From Octopus vulgaris (taxonomy: Eukaryota), in the NCBI GenBank assembly GCA_951406725.2, contig OX597835.1:8370001-8434000 (forward strand): a DNA stretch of 64,000 bases, in the 5' to 3' direction. The notes below the pieces were generated by a model. It searched no databases. It was not told the DNA's origin and worked only from the letters and a program-made list of their open reading frames with translations. Positions 54,162-64,000 of the stretch are shown in pieces (within the stretch, counting starts at the first letter, position 1; every line of letters starts with the position of its first letter). The position numbers and the translations under genes are program-made.

Positions 54162-55044
54162 ATAAGATCGTTAATTTAAAATAAAATAACGATCTTATCA
54201 ATGGCAGTGTATCGTGTTATTTTATTTGTGGATTTTCTGATGTGAAAATAGTTCCCACAAATTAGCTTTTGATTAAATTTACCTCGGAAACCTCACAAGT
54301 GCTAGAATTGACGTTCCACTGAAATCTCTTCCCACACATTGAAGATCTTATCGTGTGGACTATCATTTACAGCGAGAAAACCAGCATCGAACACCACAAA
54401 ATAAGCGAAAGCTTTGACACCGTCATGAAATCCACTGGACGCCCTAATACTTCGTTAACGATCTGATGTACACTGGACGCCAATGTCTCGTTGTCAGTGT
54501 AATGTTTACTGGACCCCTGAACTGAGCATTAATTACCCCTCTTCTTAAAACACTCAGACCATCTTCGCCCAGTTTTGGAATCTACCATTTATTTCAGAAT
54601 TATTGAAATCCAGGTTAAAAGACGGTCACGGTAATACGTACAGACAAATTCACACTATTTTCATATCATTCATGTTAAAGAAATCGTTTCTCGACAAAAA
54701 CGCCGTTTGATAAACTGATAAACTGTATAATGGTGTTGAACAAATAAAAACGAAAGAATATTAAAGCTAATCTTATGTGTTAAGATGGATTAGGAGTGGT
54801 GGGGAGAGGGAAAGAAAAAATCTTCGGTTTCGCATTTCAGTCAATTAACATTGAGATGCAGATTGCTAGGAGAAATGTTAACTCTTGTTCGGTAGATTAA
54901 CATTATGTTGAACTCTAATTCCACCATTCTGACACCATCCTTACTTTGGTGACAAAATGGAAAGTTTCATCTCAATAAATCATGAGCTTCATTATCGATA
55001 TGACAGTTCTGGCCAGTTTCCAATAGGGACGAATATATCTATCT

Positions 55045-55059
55045 ATCCTCTCTCTTTCG

Positions 55060-55145
<86 letters not shown>

Positions 55146-55435
55146 GTTTCTGTCTTCCTTCCTTTCTTTCCTTTCTTTCTTTTCTTTCTTTTCTTTTTGT
55201 TCTTTCTTTCTCTTTCTTTCTTTCTTTCTTTCTTTCTCACGCCCCTGTCTCTATCAAGCAATGTATGTATGTATGTATGTATGTATGTATGTATGTATGT
55301 ATATGTGTATGTATGTGTGTATGTATGTATGTTTGTGTGTGTCTGTATGTATGTGTGTATGTATGTATATATATATGTATGTATGTATGTGTGTGTGTCT
55401 GTCTGTCTGTATGTATGTATGTATGTATGTATTTA
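55045..55435. repeat. (TTTC)n and (TATG)n microsatellites
   Basis: Directly visible. Confidence 0.95.
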
Positions 55436-56467
55436 TGCATGGACAACAGTTATCAGTAAGAAATTAAAAAGAGTACGGAAGATTCGTTGTTATCGAACCG
55501 TTCCATTTCGAAGTCTATCTGGTTGTCGCAGCCATATTTTCTCTTTGGTTTCTCTCAGGGTGTCATTGCAAGGTAGTCCCATTGCTAGATATCTAAGCTG
55601 ATCAGGAAGTAATTCAGTGATTTTTTTAATGAACGATATAGTCTTCTAATCAGAAATATTGATAAAGAAGGTAATGTGTTAACCAGATGTTATATTTCGT
55701 TTGTTTGTGCCACAATGGGAATGAGGTGGACATTGCGATTGAGAAGTGATGCTAGTTTCATCCATTTACCGTGAGTGGCCTCACAGACAAATTCAGTGCG
55801 AAGAACATACATTAAATAATTTACGACTTCTTCATGATACTGTTAACTCATTAAGAATTTATCCACGAAGAAGAGAAGAAAGCATTAATGAATAATGCTG
55901 GAGGAAACCAAACAAAAGAAAATGCAAGAGAGAGAAATCGCAACAAAACATTTCATTCGAGCAAAACTTAGAAGCTTCTAGCAGCAAGAATCAACACGAA
56001 ACAAACCGTGAGAAATTCTGTTAACGTCTATATTTGCTAATGGGTTGCAGTGTAACGACGTTTAGGAATACTTAATGCTATAGCCATGAATTTTTGGATG
56101 GTTGCACAGGCAAAAAAGAGGAATACGAGAGGATATAAGCGCATTGCAAACGTGGTATGTGATATGAAAATAGATTTTAATGAAGCAAAGTATAGAATAT
56201 AGAAAACTTTAGTAGTGTCATGTCTGAAGTGAAATATGGCTCGGAGACAATAAGTTTTAAAATTATACAGTCGGTATGTATGTATATTTATATATATATA
56301 TATATATACTTGCATTATGTATGTAAGCACACATACACGTATATATATATATTCACAAGTACGTAATATATATATATATATGTGTGTGTGCGTGTATGTA
56401 TGTATATATACATATACATATATATAAATATATATATATACATGTGTGTGAGCGTGTGTGTGTATGC

Positions 56468-56509
<42 letters not shown>

Positions 56510-56686
56510 GTATGTTTACATGTGTGTGTGTGTGTGCGTGTGTGAATAAGTGTCTGTGTGCGTATACTTGTACATACGTGCGTATATATTTGCATGTGCG
56601 GTTGTGGGGTGTGTGCCTGATACCTTGCATACAGATGTAAGCAAGTGTGTAGATAGATAGATATATAGATAGATAGATAGATAGAT

Positions 56687-56972
56687 ATGTTTCTTTATTA
56701 GCCACACCGGGCTGCACACAGATAGAACAAATTACAAGGTAGAGCTTTTCTTTTGAAGGGTTAGAAAAAAAAAAAAAAAAAGGAAGGGGGAGTTTCGACA
56801 TGTGTGTAAAAGTGAGAGAAAGTGCGTGTGTGAATAAGTGTCTGTGTGCGTATACTTGTATCAATACGTGATCGTTATACAGAAATGTCAATATGAAGTG
56901 TAAAGGGTGAGTGCCTGAGGTTTACCTTGGATACAGAAAAGCCTACGGAAAAGACCACGGTAACCTCAGTCA
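56687..56972 (-). mobile_element. Probable LINE 3' UTR inserted in (GATA)n, with a tail similar to SINE B
   Basis: Minus strand ends TTGTTCTATCTGTGTGCAGCCCGGTGTGGCTAATAAAGAAA; SINE B ends TTGTCCCCTCTGTGTTTAGCCCCTTGTGGGTAATAAAGAAA. Confidence 0.65.
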
Positions 56973-57047
<75 letters not shown>

Positions 57048-57068
57048 TAGATAGATAGATAGACAGAC

Positions 57069-57136
<68 letters not shown>

Positions 57137-57143
57137 GATGGAT

Positions 57144-57218
<75 letters not shown>
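56973..57218. repeat. (GATA)n microsatellite
   Basis: Directly visible. Confidence 0.98.
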
Positions 57219-57222
<4 letters not shown>

Positions 57223-58442
57223 TATATGTATTAACGTAACAGACCGCTGCTGGGCAATGATTCTATGTTATTACACGTAATTTCAATAAAATATTTTCAA
57301 GATGAAGGCAAATCAATGCCGGGAGAGAGGTTGGTTGTTGGTGAAATTATATTAAGAAAGAAACTATGAGAGATTCCGTCTTTTGTTACCAAAAACCGTG
57401 GCTGCTAGCTTCAATCTCATATGTGTCTATATGTATTCGTATATTTTTACCTTTACATATATTTATGTTTACCATATGCCTGTGTATTTATATATACAAG
57501 TGTATATACTTATGTATGTATGTATGTATGTACGTACGTATGTATGTATGTATGTATGTATGTATGTATGTATGTATGTATGTATGTATGCATGCAAGTA
57601 TGTATGTATGTATGTATGTATGTATGTATGTATGCATGCATGCAAGTATGTATGTATGTATGTATGTATGTACGTATGTACGTATGTATGTATGTATGCA
57701 TGCAAGTATGTATGTATGTATGTACGTATGTATGTATGTATGTATGCATGCATGCAAATATGTATGTTTGTATGAATGTATGTATGTATGTATGTATGTA
57801 TGTATGTATGTATGTATGTATGTATTAAACACACACACACATACACAAACAACCAATTTATCAGTCAATAATAGTTTTTGAATGTTGTAGAGAAACCGCC
57901 TTAAGGAGCGATAAATTTGGGTCTCATCGTTGTTTGGTAAACTCCAGACAAGCCATGACTGAGCTGACAGTAGTTTAAAAGCATTCCATGCTTGACCATC
58001 CCATCATAGTATATAATATATTCCATTGTCCAACTTACCTTTCTACAATGAAGACGCTGTTATGGTATTTTTTGAATGTTACGCTGATATTTCTAAGAGC
58101 CAAGTAAACTCGTTGGTGGATGGTTGTAGTGGTAATGGTTATGCTGGTGGTATTGGTGGTAGTCATGGTGGGAGAGGAGGAGTAGGGGGACAGATGGATG
58201 TGGGGACTCGCTATGCATTGCCTAATATATCCTTGTAAATTAGAAAAACATCGAATACACCGATCCAACATCTCTCATGAATGATGTCCTGGTGACGTCT
58301 AACATCTCTCCTCAACTTGTTAGCAACGTAATTAAATTGATAATGCCCACCAGAAGTGATTTTGCATGTCCAATACATAAATACACGCCTACGTACGTGT
58401 ACATTTATAGGTGTTCAGGTATATGTATATATATGGTATATG

Positions 58443-58478
<36 letters not shown>

Positions 58479-59473
58479 AACACATATATATATATATACA
58501 TATATGTATACATATATATATATATGTGTACATGTATATATGTATATATGTATACATGTGTGGGAGCGTGTGTGTGTATGTATATATATATACATATACA
58601 TATATATAAATATATATATACATACATGTGTGTGTATGTATGTATATATACATATGCATATATATATGTATATGTATATATATTTATATATATATATATT
58701 TATTTATTATATATATATATATATTTATATATGAATGTACATATGTACATGCTTTAGTTTGTGTGCTTTTTTAATCATATATATAACGCATATATAAGTA
58801 TGTATACATATATATATATATATATACAATCAGTATACTGTAAAATAAAATTTATAAAAAAAACTCGCCTTCCTAAATAACAACCTGGACAAATAACAAT
58901 GACGACAGCAACAGCGAATTAATCAGCCAGCTACTGTAATATACCACGTGACTTATTGTGTGCCAAGCATTTTTCTCTTCTCAAATCCACCATTTTGATA
59001 AGGAAATGCAAGCAAATAAATGCAGTTTTATTGTACAAAGGCACGAAATTGCCTAACAACCTACATTCGATATTTTATTCATTTTTATAAATAACTCTTT
59101 TGTTCATCTCTATAGAATTTGTCTACAAGAAATGTTTGTTTTCTTGTAACTTTATCCATTCTTTAGCTGAAGTTATTCCGGAAGAAATATTATATAGTTA
59201 CACTCAAAAGTAAAATAGATTAATGAAATATTTAATCTGTAAAAGCCATCGGCGAATGATCTTAGATTACTTACAAAAAAATATGCTTGAAGGAGGAGAA
59301 CTTGCGGATTGAGGTTCGGTGAATTAACAAACTATCTTTTACAATTTATCTACCATCTACCATTAACGGCTTCTATCTACCTTCGATACTGCTGCTGCTG
59401 CTGCTGTTGTTGTCGTTGGTGACCATGTTTTAGTGATGTTGTGATGGTGGTGATGCTGTTGCTGCTCTTGCTG

Positions 59474-59528
<55 letters not shown>

Positions 59529-59796
59529 CACTGCAGCTCTTGCTCGTTGTGTGTCTTGAATATTGTTTTCATCGTCCTATCTTTTCGTTCTGCTTATCCT
59601 ATCTTTCCCACAATCTCTCTTCATCTCTCTCCCACCCTCCCAGTCTCTCTCTCTTCACTTTCTCTCTGACGTGCTCACATGCACACACACACACACACGC
59701 ACACACTTTCATTTCTCTATATCGGATCGAGTGTGAATGCATACCCATGTATGTGTATGTTTAGTGTACGTATATATGGTTGTATGTACGAACCCT

Positions 59797-59866
<70 letters not shown>

Positions 59867-59876
59867 TATATATATT

Positions 59877-59987
<111 letters not shown>

Positions 59988-60507
59988 CTTTTTCCTATCC
60001 ATCTGCCTCTCTCTATATTCATGTGTCACTTTCTTACTTTTGGGATTTTCGTTTCTCCATATACCTTGCTGCTCTTTCTCACACTCTCTTCCTCTCTATC
60101 TTACTCTCTCTCTCTCTCTCTCTCTATTTCTCTGTTTCCCTCACTTTCTTCCCCCACTCTGTTTCAGCCTCCCACTATTTCTCTCCCTTGTTCTGGCCGG
60201 GACCAGTAATTACAAAGCGTTACCTACAGCGAATGTTTGAATTAAGACAGAAAACAGATAGGAACGCGCTACGTAGATCGATTAATACATAAATAGATAA
60301 GAGAGTGGAATACAGAGGGAGAAGGGGAAGGAGTGAGAGGAGAAGAAGAAAAAGAAGAAGAAGAAGAAGAAGAGAGAGAAAGGAAGAAGTGGGAGATAGG
60401 AGAGTGGGATGGGGGAGATATGAGGAAGGAGGTGGAGTAAGGAGCAGGAGAGAGAGAAAGTCAGCGTGAGAGGCATGGCTGACAGACAGATGGTGCCTGT
60501 GAGTGTG

Positions 60508-60547
<40 letters not shown>

Positions 60548-60548
60548 C

Positions 60549-60579
<31 letters not shown>

Positions 60580-60751
60580 AAGGGAGACATGGATAAATAG
60601 ATAGATAGAGAGAGAGAGAGATAAATAGAGAGAGAGCGGAGATAAACGGATTGATAGATAGATACATACGTACATAAACAGTCATATCGATAGATAGTTA
60701 GATAGATAGATAGATAGATAGATAGATATATAGATAGATAGATAGATAGAG

Positions 60752-60846
<95 letters not shown>

Positions 60847-61593
60847 GTAGTTAGATAGATAGATAGATAGATATATGGATAGATAGATAGATAGATAGAT
60901 ATATGGATAGATAGATAGATTTATGCATACATGCATACATACATGCATACATACATACATTCATGCATACGTAAATAGATGGATATATACTGAAACACAG
61001 AGAGAGAGAGAGAGGGAGAGAGAGAGAGGGAGAGAGGGAGAGAGAGAGGGAGAGAGAGAGAGAGACTGACGGACAAACAGCGCAAAGAACAAAATGGCGG
61101 ATTGCTTTTTAAATAATGCCGGAAAAACAAATTTAGAATAAAATATAACCAAAGCAAATATAATTTATTCAGATGTGTATTTCATAAGACACCAGATGAA
61201 TGTAAAGATGAACGTAAAAGATTAGCGATGTGCATTTGTCTACGTGAACGTGTGCCTGTATATATATCACAGTCTGATTGTTGTGTGTATGTATGCATGG
61301 GTATATTAACGTATGTATGAATGTATGTTTGAATGAGGGAATGTATGCGTATAGTTTGAGCGTAGACACCTGTCTGTGTGTGTGTGTTTGTGTGTGTATG
61401 TGTATGATTCTGTGCGTCTGTATAAGAATTTGTGTTTGTGTATATTTGTATCAGTGTATGTATAGCAATATGTTAATGCGTTCATGTGTGTGTGTGTGAA
61501 TCTGTATTTGTGTGTGTGTGTGCGTTTGATTGTGTGTGGATTTTGCATTATTATGTGCACATGTATGTCTCCATGTGTATGAGTGTATATGTT

Positions 61594-61650
<57 letters not shown>

Positions 61651-61669
61651 ATATATATATATACATACA

Positions 61670-61935
61670 TACAAACTGGGAAAAGAGCGCAAAACATTTC
61701 GAAGACGATTAAAAAAACACAGACAATTCGAAGCCTTCAATCTTGAGTCAAGAACCGGATCATCCTCGCAATTTCGGCTGATAAATCTTGAGATTGCTCC
61801 AATCTGGCCAGCCCCATGGAAAAACTAAGCTATGCGCATTAGATTCCTTGGAAAAAAGCTTCGAATGTATACAAAACAAGGACGGAAAAACGGACGATGT
61901 TACACGAATATGAATACAAAAATAATACGTAAAAA
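61670..61935 (-). mobile_element. Dispersed repeat homologous to 47560-47835
   Basis: Shared TGGCCAGCCCC, TTTCGGCTGAT, ACCGGATCATC and ACAAGGAC-GAAAAACGGACGA. Confidence 0.8.
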
Positions 61936-61951
61936 CAAAAACAACAACAAC

Positions 61952-62018
<67 letters not shown>

Positions 62019-62476
62019 TATTATATATATGCTTGTGTATGTACGGGTGGGCGCGTGTATGCACTTATGCATGAAGTGTGTCTTTCGCAGGTCATGCGTT
62101 CACGAGGAGATGCATTTATACGCATGCATCAATGTATAGATGTGTATGTTTGCAATGTCTTTGTGGATAATTCGTGTGTGTCTGTGAGTGTGTTTTCTCG
62201 CGTGTCTGTGTACTGATGTACCAGTTTGTATGTTTGTTAGAAACCAGTTGTTTTGTCGCCTGTGTTTATAACATGCCATAATTGCTAGAGACACGAATCA
62301 GTGTTGTTGTTGTTCCTGCTGTTGTGGCTGTTTCTAACAGAAGGACAGAAATGTCCAGTTTAACCTAGGGACAATTTTGTTCCATCTGTGTAGGAAGTAT
62401 TCTAAACAGCTTAGTAAAAGATGACATTGGCAATGACGAAGAAGATGATGATGATGACGACGAAGACCACGACGAC

Positions 62477-62507
<31 letters not shown>

Positions 62508-62814
62508 GTGATGTCAATGATGGTGATAACGACGATGATGATGATGATGATGGTGGTGTTGGTGGTGATGTAGATATTGATGGCCACGATGACGACTTTG
62601 TTGTTTGAGGTGGTGACACTTAAAAGTGATAGTAAATTCCTACAATCCTCGTACCAATGGAGGGATATTTGGCTGCGAATTCTAGCAGGTTGATCGACGT
62701 TCTTCAGAACAGACCTTTAGATGCAAGACAGAGGTTTCTACTTTACTGATATCTCTCCGCTTTATCATTGTACACAATGTATTATGTAGTACAAAGCAGT
62801 GTAAAAACATGTAC

Positions 62815-62868
<54 letters not shown>

Positions 62869-62884
62869 GTATGTATATATATAA

Positions 62885-63092
62885 AGTTAATCCAAACATG
62901 TAAACACAAAGAGAAAGCACAAAAACGCGAGGACGTGGAACAAGTATAGTATCATTGGACGCTCAGGAAAAGAAAGTAAGAAGGAAGATTTAACGTTCCG
63001 AGCGGTGCTCTTCGTCAGAAACATAGAAAAAGGAAAGATCCAAGGAAGGGAAGACAGAGGAAAACAAATCGCCAACAATACACACGCGGTCA
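62885..63092 (-). mobile_element. (TA)n-embedded hammerhead-bearing element (family of 39662-39852)
   Basis: Minus strand GTTT-CTGACGA-A-GAGC-ACC-GCTC-GGAA-CG-TT-AAAT at 62988-63022. Confidence 0.72.
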
Positions 63093-63423
63093 TATATATA
63101 TATATATATGGAGATGGTGTTGTTTGTGTAAGATTAGTGACTGATTCGTAGATTAAGCTCTATTGCTGTTTCTATGGTTATAATAATATTTGTATTCTAA
63201 CCTTTGACGTAACTGCAGAGAACGAAATTATGATCCATTTCTGAAATATTTCCTGATTTTACAGTTTTGCACATTTTGTTCTTGGGTTTTAGCCATTAGA
63301 GTTTAATGATATGCTAATAATTGATCTCTTAATTATAATGGATATATTACACACTCATCCAGTATTATACGCACATACACACAAATACACACATACGTAT
63401 GTAAATATATATATATACATACG

Positions 63424-63487
<64 letters not shown>

Positions 63488-63656
63488 CGTATATGTATAT
63501 ATATATATATATATAAATATAAACATCTTATAATTAAGGGCTAAAGAAGGTTATTCTATAGCCAATACACTGATTTATCCACTTATAATCCACTTGTTAC
63601 AGGAAAATTGAACTGAAAGCGGGCAACTAACCTTTAGAAAATTTAAATTTCGTTAT

Positions 63657-63717
63657 CTCTATATTGAATCAATTTCGGAATTAATCCCTGTAAAGGATAT
63701 ATTCTTCTTCAGTAGAG
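63657..63717 (-). ncRNA. Type I hammerhead ribozyme motif with palindromic stem III
   Basis: CTCTA-CTGAAGA-AGAAT-ATATCCTTTACAGGGATTA-ATTCC-GAAA-TTGATTCAA-TA-TAGAG: perfect 5-bp stem I, intact core, A:C mismatch at 10.1:11.1. Confidence 0.78.
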
Positions 63718-64000
63718 CTTACGAGGGAACATAAATAAAATAATCACATGTGATCATGGAAAAAGCAGAAGCTAAAAACACAACTACATTTAAGTACATC
63801 ATTTATATATACATACGTATGTATATATATATATGTATACATGTTATATGTGTATATATCTATGTTTATGTGCACACAAATGTACACACAATGTACACAC
63901 AAATGCACGTACATGTACACACATACATGTACACACATACATACATCACGCATGCGCGAACGCACACGCATTTTCACACAAAAGCACACAGACCGATGTG

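Overview
AT-rich, microsatellite-saturated animal genomic DNA, most likely intergenic or intronic sequence from an octopod cephalopod (inferred from the SINE families and the repeat landscape). I find no intact host protein-coding gene, rRNA, true tRNA or CRISPR array; nearly all ORFs in the track are translations of simple repeats or SINEs. The window holds about 20 copies of three tRNA-derived SINE families (several with clear target-site duplications), a decayed DD41D Tc1/mariner transposase, relics of R4/Dong, CR1-group, RTE and Penelope-like (GIY-YIG) retroelements, and three Helitron-type 3' ends. The main unexplained signal is a set of short non-coding inserts, mostly inside (TA)n tracts, that carry hammerhead-ribozyme (HHR) motifs. 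These include a canonical-core HHR with a 69-nt stem II domain inside a 586-nt terminally redundant unit, HHRs with palindromic stem III, and a ~190-bp family with an extra core A and a shared U6 variant. Several fold-back palindromes accompany them. Together they suggest a (TA)n-targeted Penelope pLTR / retrozyme-like system. All folds and alignments were done by eye.
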